Positions 1 to 10,475 of a stretch of DNA of 64,000 nt are shown here, piece after piece. Source of the DNA: an uncultured Candidatus Rokubacteria bacterium (lineage in GTDB: Bacteria > Methylomirabilota > Methylomirabilia > Rokubacteriales > CSP1-6); assembly GCA_963747235.1 (NCBI GenBank), contig CAVVEU010000005.1:32001-96000 (forward strand). The letters are read 5' to 3'. Every line of letters starts with the position of its first letter. Within the stretch, counting starts at the first letter, position 1. The position numbers and the translations under genes are program-made. The notes under the pieces are model-generated. The model was given only the letters and a program-made list of their open reading frames with translations, did no database searches and was not told where the DNA came from.

Positions 1-1364
1 GCCGAGCACTGGCTGCCCGAGATCGAGTGCGCGGATCCGGCCGCGCGCGACGCGCTGATCTTCGCCAAGCTCACGCACCAGGTGCGCTACGCGTGGGAGC
101 GGAGCCCGTTCTACCGGCGACGGTGGCAGGAGGCGGGCGTGTCGCCGGAGACGCTCAAGAGCCTCGACGACCTCGCGCGCTTCCCGGTGGTGCAGAAGGC
201 GGAGCTGCGGGCCGCGCAGGCGGCCGCGCCGCCCTTCGGCGACTATCTCTGCATCGAGCCCGCGGCGGTGGCGCGCATCCACGGCACCAGCGGCACCACC
301 GGCCGGCCCACCGTCTTCGGCATCGGGGCGGACGACTGGGGGCGGATCGGCGAGGCCCACGCGCGCATCCTCTGGGGCGCGGGCATCCGGCCGGGCGACC
401 GCATCCTGATCTGCTCGTTCTTCAGCCTCTACCTGGGCTCGTGGGGCGCCCTCGCGGGCGGCGAGCGGCTCGGCGCCACCGTGTTCCCCTTCGGCGCGGG
501 CGCGCAGGGCCAGACGCTCCAGGCCGTGCAGTGGGCGCGCGATCTCCGGCCGTCCGCGTTCTACGGCACGCCGTCCTACGCGCTGCACTTCGCGGAGACC
601 GCGCGCCGCGAGGGCATCGACCCGGCGAGCCTGGGCTTCCGCGTCCTCTTCTTCTCCGGCGAGCCCGGCGCGGGCATCCCGGCGACCCGCGCGCTGATCG
701 AGCAGACCTTCGGCGGCATCTGCGTGGACATGGGCAGCATGGCCGAGATGTCGCCCTGGATGACCAACGGCGAGTGCCGGCATCGCACCGGCATGCACCT
801 CTGGCAGGATCTCGTCTACACCCAGGTCTGCGATCCGGAGACGTTCCGGCCCTTGCCCTACGGCGCGCGAGGGCACGCCCGTGTACACTCACCTCGAGCG
901 GACGTCGCAGCCCATGATCCGGCTGGTCTCGGGCGATCGCGCGCGGTGGGTGGACGACCCGTGCCCCTGCGGGCGGACCTACCCGCGCCTGCCGGACGGG
1001 CTCTACGGCCGCTTCGACGACATGATCATCGTGCGCGGCGAGAACATCTACCCGAGCGCCATCGAGGACACCCTGCGCGCCATCGACGGCTTCGGCGGCG
1101 AGTTCCGCGTGATCGTCTCCCGCCGCGAGGCCATGGACGAGCTGCTGGTCCGCGCCGAGTACACCGCGACCCACGCGGGCCGCGCTCGACGCCCTGCGCG
1201 CCCTGATGCGCGAGCGCCTGCGGGCCCGCCTCGGCGTCCACCCGATCGTGGACCTCGTCCCCGAGGGCACGCTCCCGCGCACCGAGTTCAAGGCCCGCCG
1301 CGTGATCGACGATCGAGATCTCTATCGCCAAGCACTACCGACCGGAGACAACCGCCATGTTTGA
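1..1364 (+). CDS. Phenylacetate-CoA ligase family enzyme, 2-hydroxyisobutyrate-CoA ligase (HCL)-like; 5' end outside window; frameshifts near 870 and 1180
   Basis: Motifs HGTSGTTGRPT, YGTPSYALH, FFSGEPG, GSMAEMSP, then (next frame) YTHLERTSQPMIRL, GRFDDMIIVRGENIYP and RTEFKARRVIDDR. From memory these closely resemble HCL. Stop overlaps the mutase start. Confidence 0.85.
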
Positions 1365-3038
1365 CCCGAAGCGCTCGAGCGCCTCGCCGCCGAGAAAGCC
1401 GCCTGGGAGGCCAAGGAGCTCGCCGAGTTCCTCGCCCGCCAGCCGGAGGCGCGCACCGACTACCGCACCGGCTCGGGCATGCCGGTGCAGCGCCTGTACA
1501 CGCCGGAGGACATCGCGGACGCGCCCGCCGACAACATCGGCCTGCCCGGCCGCTTCCCCTACACGCGCGGGCCCTATCCCACGATGTACCGCGGCCGCAA
1601 CTGGACGATGCGCCAGATCGCGGGCTTCGGCACCGGGGCCGACACCAACGGCCGCTTCCGCTACCTGATCGAGCAGGGGCAGACCGGGCTCAGCGTGGAC
1701 TTCGACATGCCCACGCTGATGGGCTACGACTCCGACGACCCGCGCTCGCTCGGCGAGGTCGGCCGCGAGGGCGTGGCCATCGACACCCTCGACGACATGG
1801 AGGCGCTCTTCGCCGACATCGACCTCGAGCGCATCTCGGTCTCGATGACGATCAATCCGAGCGCGTGGATCCTGCTCGCCATGTACGTGGCGCTCGCGGA
1901 GTCGCGCGGCTTCGACCTGAACAAGCTCTCCGGCACCGTGCAGGCCGACATCCTGAAGGAGTACATCGCCCAGAAGGAGTGGATCTTCCCGATCCGCCCC
2001 TCGATGCGCGTGATGCGCGACATGATCGTGTGGAGCGCGCGGAATCTCGCCCGCTACAACCCGATCAACATCAGCGGGTATCACATCTCGGAGGCGGGGG
2101 CGACCTCGGTGCAGGAGCTGGCCTTCACCATGGCGAACGCGATCGCCTACGTGGAGGAGGTGACGCGCGCGGGGGTGCCGGTGGACGAGTTCGCGCCGCG
2201 CCTGGCCTTCTACTTCGTGGCCCAGGCCGACTTCTTCGAGGAGGTGGCCAAGTTCCGCGCGGCCCGGCGCATCTACGCCCGGCTCATGAAGGAGCGCTTC
2301 GGGGCCACGAAGGCCGAGTCCATGCGCCTGCGCTTCCACTGCCAGACCGCGGCGGCCACGCTCACCAAGGCGCAGCCGCTCAACAACATCATCCGCACCG
2401 CGCTGCAGGCGCTCTCCGCGGTGCTGGGCGGCGCCCAGTCGCTCCACACCAACGGCATGGACGAGGCCTACGCGATCCCGTCCGAGGAGGCGATGAAGAT
2501 CGCGCTGCGCACCCAGCAGATCATCGCGATGGAGACGCGCGTGCCCCAGGTGGTCGATCCGCTCGGCGGGTCCTACTACGTGGAGGCCCTGACCAATCGC
2601 GTCGAGGCCGAGGTCCTCCGCATCCTGGCCAAGGTGGACGCGATGGGCGGCACCATCAAGGCCATCGAGGAAGGCTTCTTCCAGCACGAGATCGCCGACT
2701 CCGCCTACGACTTCGCCCGGCGCAAGGCGGCGGGCGAGCAGGCCGTGATCGGCGTCAATACGCTGGTCGAGCCGTCCGAGCCGCCGCCGCTCCCCATCCA
2801 CAAGGTGGACCCCGCCGTCGAGGCGCGACAGATCGGCCGGTTGAAGGAGACCCGCCGGCGGCGCGACCAGGCGCTCGTGGACCGCCTGATGGACCGGCTC
2901 GAGCGCGAGGCGCGCGAGCCCGCGACCAACATCATGCCGGTGACGATCGAGCTCGTGAAGGCGCGCGCCTCGCTGGGCGAGATCGTGGCGCGGCTCCGCC
3001 ACGTCTGGGGCGCCTACATCGAGCGGCCGGTGTTCTGA
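1357..3038 (+). CDS. hcmA: B12-dependent acyl-CoA mutase large (substrate-binding) subunit, 2-hydroxyisobutyryl-CoA mutase HcmA type; frameshift near 1375
   Basis: Motifs PYTRGPYPTMYRGRNWTMRQIAGF (Ile where MCM has Tyr and ICM has Phe), GLSVDFDMPT (Asp), ISGYHISEAGA and DPLGGSYYVE. No C-terminal cobalamin-binding domain. Confidence 0.8.
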
Positions 3039-4185
3039 TGCCGCCCCGGCCCTTCCGCATCGAGGTCCCCGAGAGCACGCTGGCCGACCTGCGCGAGCGC
3101 CTCGGGCCGCGCGCGCTGGCCCGACCAGGCGCCCGGCGCCGAGTGGGCGTTCGGCACGAGCCTGGCCTACATGAAGGAGCTCACCGCGTACTGGAAGGAC
3201 CGCTACGACTGGCGCGCGCACGAGACGCGGCTCAACGGCTTCCGCCAGTTCACCGCCGCCGGTGGCGGGCATCGATCTCCATTTCATCCACGAGGAGGGC
3301 CGCGGGCCGAACCCGCTCCCGCTGCTGCTCTCCCACGGCTGGCCCGGCTCGGTGTGGGAGTTCCACAAGATCCTGCCCATGCTCACCGACCCGGCGCGCT
3401 TCGGCGGCGATCCGGCGGACGCGTTCACGGTGATCGCGCCCTCGCTGCCCGGCTACGGCTTCTCGTTCGCGCCCGGCCAGCCGCGCTTCGGCGTGGCGGA
3501 GATCGCCGACGTCTTCGCGTCGCTCATGACCGACACGCTCGGCTACCGGCGCTTCGCCGCGCAGGGCGGCGACTGGGGCGGCTTCATCACGTCACGCCTC
3601 GGCGCGGCGTATCCGGACCGCCTCGCCGCCATCCACGTGAACCTGCTCTCGCTCCGCCGCGACATCAAGCCGCCGGCCCAGCCCTCGCCGGAGGAGAAGC
3701 CGTACCTCGACGACCTCGCCCGGTGGCAGCGCGAGGAGACCGGCTACCAGTGGATCCAGGGCACCCGGCCCCAGACGCTGGCCTTCGGCCTGAGCGATTC
3801 GCCGGTGGGCCTCGCGGCCTGGATCGTGGAGAAGTTCCGGACCTGGAGCGACTGCGGCGGCGACGTGGAGCGCCGCTTCACCAAGGACGAGCTGCTCACC
3901 AACGTGATGATCTACTGGGTGACCGGCAGCATCAACGCCTCCTTCTGGCCGTACTACGCGCGCTTCCACTCGCCGTGGCCCATCGCGGACGGCCAGCGCA
4001 TCGAGGTCCCGACCGGCTACGCCGCGTTCCCGAAGGAGATCGTGCGGCCGCCGCGGTCGTGGGCCGAGCGCATGTACAACATCCGCCGCTGGACGGTGAT
4101 GCCGGCGGGCGGCCACTTCGCGGCGATGGAAGAGCCGGCGGCGCTGGCGACCGAGCTGCGCGCCTTCTTCCGGGAGTACCGCTGA
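3038..4185 (+). CDS. Epoxide hydrolase (microsomal/EHN-type alpha/beta hydrolase); frameshifts near 3108 and 3262
   Basis: N-terminal PFRIEVP..LADLRERL, YWKDRYDWR, HGWPGS, QGGDWG nucleophile motif, GGHFAAME. ATG overlaps the hcmA stop (TGATG). Confidence 0.9.
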
Positions 4186-5030
4186 CGCGCCCCCGGCGGC
4201 GGGCCACCACCGTCGTCCTGGCGGCCCTGCTGGCGGCAACCATCGGGTTCGTCGTGTGGGCGGTGGGCATCGAGCCCGGCTGGGTGGTCACGCGGGAGAC
4301 GCGCGTGCCGATCGCGCGCTGGCCCGCCGACCTCGGGCCCCTCCGGATCGCCGCGCTCGCCGATCTGCACACCGGGGCGCCCCACATCACGGTGGACAAG
4401 GTCCGCGAGATCGTCGCGTCCGTGAACGCGGCGCGGCCGGACCTGATCGTGCTGCTCGGGGACTACGTCATCCACGGGGTGGCGGGCGGCCGCTTCGTGG
4501 ACATCGAGCTGACCGCCGCGGCCCTGCGCGATCTGCACGCGCCGCTCGGCGTCTTCGCGGTGCTCGGCAATCACGACTGGTGGTACGACGGCCGCCGCTG
4601 CGCCCGCGCCCTCGAGGCGGTGGGCATCCGCGTCCTGGAAGACGCGGCGACGGAGGTGACCGTGCGGGGCCACCCGCTCTGGATCGCGGGGGTGAGCGAC
4701 GCGAGGACGCGCCCGGCCGCGATCGGCCGCGCGCTCGCGCCGGTGCCGGAGGGCGCGCCGCTGATCGTGCTCACCCACAACCCCGATGTCTTCGTCCGGA
4801 TGCCCGCGCGCGTGCTCCTCACCCTGGCCGGGCACACCCACGGCGGCCAGGTGAACCTCCCCGTGCTCGGCCGCCTCATCGTGCCGTCGCACTTCGGGGA
4901 TCGCTACGCGATCGGCCACGTCCACGAGGACGGCCGCGATCTCTTCGTCTCGCCCGGCATCGGCACCAGCATCATCCCGGTGCGATTCCGGGTGCCGCCC
5001 GAGATCTCGCTGGTCACGGTGGGGCCGTGA
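4182..5030 (+). CDS. Metallophosphoesterase (calcineurin-like, YkuE/YaeI type) with N-terminal membrane anchor; exact start uncertain
   Basis: Motifs ADLH, LGDY, GNHD, HNPD and GHTHGGQ in the C-terminal part of ORF 3171..5030. Confidence 0.85.
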   Translation: MTRPRRRATTVVLAALLAATIGFVVWAVGIEPGWVVTRETRVPIARWPADLGPLRIAALADLHTGAPHITVDKVREIVASVNAARPDLIVLLGDYVIHGVAGGRFVDIELTAAALRDLHAPLGVFAVLGNHDWWYDGRRCARALEAVGIRVLEDAATEVTVRGHPLWIAGVSDARTRPAAIGRALAPVPEGAPLIVLTHNPDVFVRMPARVLLTLAGHTHGGQVNLPVLGRLIVPSHFGDRYAIGHVHEDGRDLFVSPGIGTSIIPVRFRVPPEISLVTVGP

Positions 5031-7107
5031 GGGCGCTCACGCGGACGCAGCGCACGCGCCTGCTCGCGAGCGGCGCGCCCGCGCTCGGCGTCGCGCTCGT
5101 CCTCGCGGCGGCCTGCTTGTGGGGACTCCTCGCCGCGCACCCGCGCGCGCGTGGGCGACCTGCTCTTCACCGCGCGCCCCGCCCAGGCCGCCCGGTCCAC
5201 CGTCATCGTGGGCATCGACGAGAAGAGCTACCGGGCGCTGCTCGCGCGCCACGGCCCGCTCTCGGCCTGGCCCCGCACGCTCTACGCCGACGCGCTCGAC
5301 GCGCTCCGGCCCGCCGCGCCGCGGGTCGTGGCCTTCGCGATCTTCTTCGACGCCCAGCGGCCCGAGGACGGCGCGCTCGCCGAGGCGATGCGCCGGGCCG
5401 GCAACGTGGTGGTGCCGGTGGTGGCCCAGGGCGCGAAGGCCTTCGACCCGCGCCCGGGGGTCGCTCAGGAGTTCGAGGCCTTCGTCCGGCCCCCCTCGAC
5501 CGTGCGGAGCGCGGCGGTGGCCGAGGGGCTGGCCAACGTCACCACCGGGCGGGACAGCGTCGTGCGAAGCCTCCCGCTCCTGCTGCGCGCCCGGGACGAG
5601 GAGCTGCCGAGCCTGGCGCTCACGATCGTGGCCCGCTTCGCCCGGAGGCCGGTCGTGCTGGACGCGCCCGCGGAAGACCGGCCTCGTCCACGCGGCCGGC
5701 CGGGCGATCCCGGTCGGGGAGCACGACACGATGCTGATCGACTTCCTCGGGCCGCCGTCCGACCCGGCCGGCGCCGGCCCCTTCCGCATCCTCTCGTTCG
5801 TGGACGTGCTCGAGGGCCGCTTCGATCCCGCCCTGGTCCGCGACCGCATCGTGCTGCTGGGCCCGACCATCCGGGGCGTGGACGAGCACGCCACCCCGAC
5901 CACCGGCGACACGCGGATGTGGGGCGTCGAGATCCTGGGCAACGCGGTGGAGACCGTGCTGTACCAGCGCTTCCTCTCGCCGGCCGGGCCGGGCGTCACC
6001 ACGCTCCTGATCGGGCTCATGGCCTTGCTCGCGGCGCTGGTGGTGGCGGCGTGGCGGCCCCTGCCCGCCGGGCTGGCGGTGGCGGCCGGGCTCGCCCTCT
6101 ACGGCACCGCGGCGGCCCTGCTCTTCGAGCGCGGCGTCGTGCTCGACCTGATCTACCCGCCCACCGCGCTGCTGATCAGCTTCGCGGCCGCGCTCTCCTC
6201 GCGCCTCGTTCTGGAGCAGGCGGAGCAGAGAATAGTCCGGGAAGCCATGGGGCGCTATCTCTCGCCCGCGGTGAGCCAGTGGGTGCTCGCCGATCCGGAT
6301 CGGCTGCGCCTCGGCGGCGAGACGCGGGAGATGACGGTGCTCTTCAGCGACCTCCGTCAGTTCACCACGCTCGCCCACGCGCTCCCCCCCGCGACGCTCG
6401 TGGCCCTGCTGAATACCTACCGGACCGAGATGGCGGACGTGGTCTTCCGCCACGACGGCGTGCTCGCCCAGTACGCGGGCGACGCCATCGAGGCCTTCTG
6501 GAACGCGCCGATGGACCAGGCCGACCACGCGCGCCGCGCGTGCCTGACCGCGCTCGACATGGTCGCGGCGCTCGCGACGCTGCGCCCGCAGTTCGAGGCG
6601 CGGGGCTGGGCCCAGCTCGACCTGGGCGTGGGGATCAATACCGGGCAGATGGTGGTGGGCAACATGGGCTCGAAGGACCGCCTGATCTACACCGCGGTCG
6701 GCGATCCGGTGAACGTGGCCGCGCGGCTCGAGGGGCTCTCCAAGGAATACGGCGTGCGCATCGTGGTGGGCGAGGCCACCGTCGCGGCCGAGCCGCAGAC
6801 CTTCGCCTATCGCTTCCTCGACCGGGTCGCGGTCAAGGGCCGCGCCGAGCCCCTCACCTGCTACGAGGTGGTGGCGCGCGCGGGCGCGCTCGATCCCGCG
6901 GCCGAGCGCCGCCTCGCCCGCTATCACGAGGCGATCGCGCTCTATCGCGCGCGGCGCTGGGAGGAGGCGCTCCGCCTCCTCGACGAGCTCGGGGCCGAGG
7001 CGCCCGCCGACGGGCCCATCGCGCTCTACCGGCGCCGGGCGCGGGCGCTCCTCGCGGATCCGCCGCCCGCCGACTGGGACGGCGTCTTCGTCGCGGAGTC
7101 GAAGTAG
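5027..7107 (+). CDS. CHASE2 sensor + transmembrane helices + class III nucleotidyl cyclase; frameshifts near 5150 and 5670
   Basis: CHASE2 signatures IVGIDEKS, WPRTLYA and GVEI..NAVET; three TM segments; cyclase motifs TVLFSDLRQFT, GDAI, GINTG..VVGNMGS and YTAVGDPVNVAARLE. Confidence 0.9.
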
Positions 7108-7128
7108 CCTCGTGTATCATCTCGCTCC

Positions 7129-8046
7129 ATGAAGCTCGGATTCGCGCTCCCCACCGCCGGCGATTGGGCCACCCCCGAGAACCAGATCCGCGTCGCGCGC
7201 CAGGCGGAAGCGCTCGGCTACCACTCGCTCTGGGTCTTCCAGCGCCTGCTCTACGCGCTCGAGCCGAAGAACGAGTACCCGCCGGTGCCGGGCAAGGTGT
7301 GGCCCAAGCCCTTCGAGCGCGTGCTCGATCCCATCGTCACGCTCGCCTACGTGGCCGCGGCCACCCAGCGCATCCGCCTCGGCACCAGCGTGCTGATCAT
7401 GCCGTTCTACCAGCCGGTCGTCCTCGCCAAGCAGCTCGCCACGCTGGACGTGCTCTCGGGCGGCCGGCTCGACGTGGGGCTCGGCCTCGGCTGGTCGCAG
7501 GACGAGTACGAGGCGGTGGGCGTGCCCTTCAAGCACCGGGGCCGGCGCGCCGACGAGTTCCTGCGCTGCCTCGACGCGATCTGGACCCAGGACGTCACCG
7601 AGTTCCACGGCGAGTTCTACAACGTGCCGCGCTCCCGCGTGGAGCCGAAGCCGGTGCAGAAGCCGCGCCCGCCCATCACCATCGGCGGCTACGGTAGGAC
7701 GGTGGTGAAGCGCGCGGTGGAGCTGGGCGATGGCTTCAACGGCGGCAACGTGCCGATGGCGAGCGTGGCGCCGCTGGTGGCCGAAGTGAAGGATGCGGCG
7801 GCCGCGCTGGGCAAGGACCCGGCCAAGCTCCACATCGTCTGCCGCGGCACCTACCGCGTCCACGACGCCCCGCAGGGGAAGGACCGCCGGCCGCTCTGGG
7901 GCACGCTCGACGAGATCCGCGAGGACATCGGCCGCTACGCCGAGGCCGGCCTCACCGAGCTCTTCCTCGAGGGCAACTTCACGCCCGGCGGGCCCTCGCT
8001 CGAGCCGGCGCTCGAGGTGATGGCACGCCTGGCCCCGGGTCGTTAG
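7129..8046 (+). CDS. LLM-class (luciferase-like, probably F420-dependent) oxidoreductase
   Basis: MKLGFALP, LDPIVTLAYVAAATQRIRLGTSVL, ATLDVLSGGRLDVGLGLGW, PKPVQKPRPPI. Confidence 0.9.
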   Translation: MKLGFALPTAGDWATPENQIRVARQAEALGYHSLWVFQRLLYALEPKNEYPPVPGKVWPKPFERVLDPIVTLAYVAAATQRIRLGTSVLIMPFYQPVVLAKQLATLDVLSGGRLDVGLGLGWSQDEYEAVGVPFKHRGRRADEFLRCLDAIWTQDVTEFHGEFYNVPRSRVEPKPVQKPRPPITIGGYGRTVVKRAVELGDGFNGGNVPMASVAPLVAEVKDAAAALGKDPAKLHIVCRGTYRVHDAPQGKDRRPLWGTLDEIREDIGRYAEAGLTELFLEGNFTPGGPSLEPALEVMARLAPGR

Positions 8047-8239
8047 CCAGCGCCAGAGCTGGATCCTACTTGCGGCGCTCCGGCCGGCCGGCCCTGGTGA
8101 CCCATAGTGTCAGGGCGATGTCAGGATATGTGAACCAGCCGGTGACCAACCGACGAAACGCCACGGCTAGTTACGGGCAAAGTGCAGCTATTTCATGGAG
8201 TTGCATTCGGACCCTCCGCGCCGGAACTGGCTCAGGGCG

Positions 8240-8255
8240 CGGCACTCTTCTTGCT
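8240..8255 (+). promoter_or_regulatory. Putative sigma54 -24/-12 promoter
   Basis: CGGCAC-TCTTC-TTGCT with GG (8241) and GC (8253) 12 nt apart, just upstream of ATG 8269. Confidence 0.55.
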
Positions 8256-8268
8256 CGATCAGCTTGAC

Positions 8269-9081
8269 ATGGACGACAGCCTCCCGAGCATCCTCTGTGT
8301 CGATGACGACGTCGACGTCCTCGAGCTGCTCAAGGAGTATTTTACCGAGCAGGGGTTCGTCGTCCTGACCGCCACGAACGGGGTCGAAGCCTTCCTCCAG
8401 GTCAAGCGGTGGCAGCCCAAGGCGGTCATCCTCGACCTCTTCATGCCCCGCCTGGGCGGGATCGGCGCGCTGGGCCGGATCAAGGCGCTCAACCCCGACG
8501 TGGTCGTGATCCTGGTCAGCGGCATGGGCAATGCCCTCGAGCTGGTCACCGAGGCCGGGCTGAGCGTGGCCGGCGCCTTCACCAAGCCGCTCAACCTGAC
8601 GCAGCTCTCCGAGACGCTGGCCCGGTCGGGTGTGGTGGCCCCGGCGGCCCTCGTGGCCGCGGCGGCGGGCGACACCGCGCAGGCCAGGCGGCCGGTGCGC
8701 GCGCGCGTGCTCGTGGTGGACGACGAGCTCGAGTTCCGCAAGGTGCTGGCCGAGTACCTCGAGGACCGCGGCTTCGACGTGATGGAAGCGCAGGACGGCG
8801 AGGAAGCGCTCCTCCGCGTGCCGGACTTCCACCCGCACATCGTGCTGATGGACGTGATGATGGCGGGCATGGGCGGCGTCGAGGCCTTGCGCCGCATCAA
8901 GACCGCCGCGCCCGACACCTGCGTGATCATGGTCACCGCGGTGGAGGACATCGACTCCGCGCGCGGGGCCCTCGCGCTCGGCGCCTCCGACTACGTGACC
9001 AAGCCGTTCAGCTTCCAGTATCTCGACTCGGTGCTCGAGGTCCACATGCTGATGGACCACATCGACCCGAAGTCCCCCTAG
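8269..9081 (+). CDS. Response regulator made of two tandem receiver domains, no output domain
   Basis: REC1: ILCVDDD, ILDLFMP, TKP. REC2: VLVVDDE, LMDVMM, TA, TKPF. Confidence 0.88.
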   Translation: MDDSLPSILCVDDDVDVLELLKEYFTEQGFVVLTATNGVEAFLQVKRWQPKAVILDLFMPRLGGIGALGRIKALNPDVVVILVSGMGNALELVTEAGLSVAGAFTKPLNLTQLSETLARSGVVAPAALVAAAAGDTAQARRPVRARVLVVDDELEFRKVLAEYLEDRGFDVMEAQDGEEALLRVPDFHPHIVLMDVMMAGMGGVEALRRIKTAAPDTCVIMVTAVEDIDSARGALALGASDYVTKPFSFQYLDSVLEVHMLMDHIDPKSP

Positions 9082-10475
9082 CTCACCACCCCCTCCGCCG
9101 CCTCCTCGCCCGACCGCACGCAGTCCGCGATCCCGACACCCCGGTAGGCTCCGCCCGCCAGGCGCAGGCCCGCGTGCCGCGCCACCGCCAGCTCGATGGC
9201 CTCCGCCCGGGCCGCGTGGCCCACGTGGTACTGCGGCATCGCGTGCGGGTAGCGGGCCACCCGGGTGAAGAGCGGCGCGCCCGTCACGCCCAGCAGCTCG
9301 CCGAGCTGCGCGCGCGCGGTCTCCACCAGCGCCGCGTCGTCGGCCTCGAGCGCCGACTCGTTCAGCGCGCCCCCGATGAACACGCGCAGCAGCGCGTGGC
9401 CCTCCGGCGCGCGCCCCGGATACTTCACGCTCGAGAAGGTGGCCGCGATGACGGGCCGGCGCTCCACCTGCGGGACCACGAAGCCGAAGCCGTCGAGGGG
9501 ATGGCGGATGTCGGCGCGGCGGTAGGCCAGCGTCACGGTGGCGGAGGAGGCGTAGGGAATCCCCTCGAGCAGGTGCGCGAGCCCGGGATCCACGTAGCGC
9601 AGGAGCCGCGCGACCTGGTGCGCCTCCGGCGACAGGATGAGCGCGTCGCCGGTGAAGGCCGCGCCGCCCGCGGTGGTGACGCGCCAGCCCGCGCCGTCGC
9701 GCTCGACCGAGGCCGCCCGCTCCTTGAGGCGCACCGCGCCGGGCGGCAGCCGGGTGGCCAGCAGGCGAATCAGCTCCTCCATCCCCTCGGCGAAGGTCAC
9801 GAAGAGCGACCAGCGCGCGCCGCTCGTCCCCGCGTGAAGCGCCGGGGCCCGGCGGGCGGCCCGCCAGAGGGCCAGGATCACGCTCCGCTCGCGCCGCTCC
9901 ATCTCGAGGAAGCGCGGCATGGTGGCGCCGAGCGAGAGCTCGTCGGGATCGGCGGTGTAGATGCCGCCGACCAGCGGCTGGGCGACGCGCTCGAGCGCCT
10001 CGCGGCCGAGCCGCCGCCGCACGAAGGCGCCCAGGCTCTCGTCGGGCGACCCGCCGCGCGGCAGCACCAGGTCGCAGGCCATCCGGAGCTTGCCCGGCCA
10101 CGAGAAGAGCGAGGAGGCCAGGAAGGGCCGGAGCCGCGTGGGCGCCAGGAGCTGGAAGCCGTCCGGCAGCGGATGGAGCCGCCCGCGAAAGGCCACGAAG
10201 ACGCGCCGGAAGCGGTCGTCGGTTCCGATCAGCCGGCTCTCCACGCCGAGCCGCCGGCAGAGCGCGAGCGCCCACGGCTTCTCGGAGAGGAACGAGTCGG
10301 GGCCGCACTCGACGAGAAACCCGTCGCGGCGCTCCGTCTGGATGGTGCCGCCCAGGCGATCCGCGCCCTCGAGCAGCGTCAGCTCGAGCGGCCGGCCGCG
10401 CTCGCGCGCCAGCTCCACCGCGCGGTGGGCGGCCGCGAGCCCGGAGAGCCCGCCGCCGACGACGATCAGCCTCAC
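9078..10475 (-). CDS. hemY: HemY-family coproporphyrinogen/protoporphyrinogen oxidase
   Basis: VVGGGLSGLAAA FAD-binding motif, ECGPDSF, GFGFVVP, AMPQYHVGH, GVGIADCV. Confidence 0.92.
   Translation of the reverse strand: MRLIVVGGGLSGLAAAHRAVELARERGRPLELTLLEGADRLGGTIQTERRDGFLVECGPDSFLSEKPWALALCRRLGVESRLIGTDDRFRRVFVAFRGRLHPLPDGFQLLAPTRLRPFLASSLFSWPGKLRMACDLVLPRGGSPDESLGAFVRRRLGREALERVAQPLVGGIYTADPDELSLGATMPRFLEMERRERSVILALWRAARRAPALHAGTSGARWSLFVTFAEGMEELIRLLATRLPPGAVRLKERAASVERDGAGWRVTTAGGAAFTGDALILSPEAHQVARLLRYVDPGLAHLLEGIPYASSATVTLAYRRADIRHPLDGFGFVVPQVERRPVIAATFSSVKYPGRAPEGHALLRVFIGGALNESALEADDAALVETARAQLGELLGVTGAPLFTRVARYPHAMPQYHVGHAARAEAIELAVARHAGLRLAGGAYRGVGIADCVRSGEEAAEGVVS

Noticed and set aside
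3171-5030. Epoxide hydrolase-phosphoesterase fusion
   Set aside because: The middle of this ORF is off-frame translation of the hydrolase, which has its own stop at 4185.
8165-8230. c-di-GMP-I riboswitch suggested by GGGCAAA
   Set aside because: The GAAA tetraloop stem and GACGCAAAGC-like downstream motif are missing.
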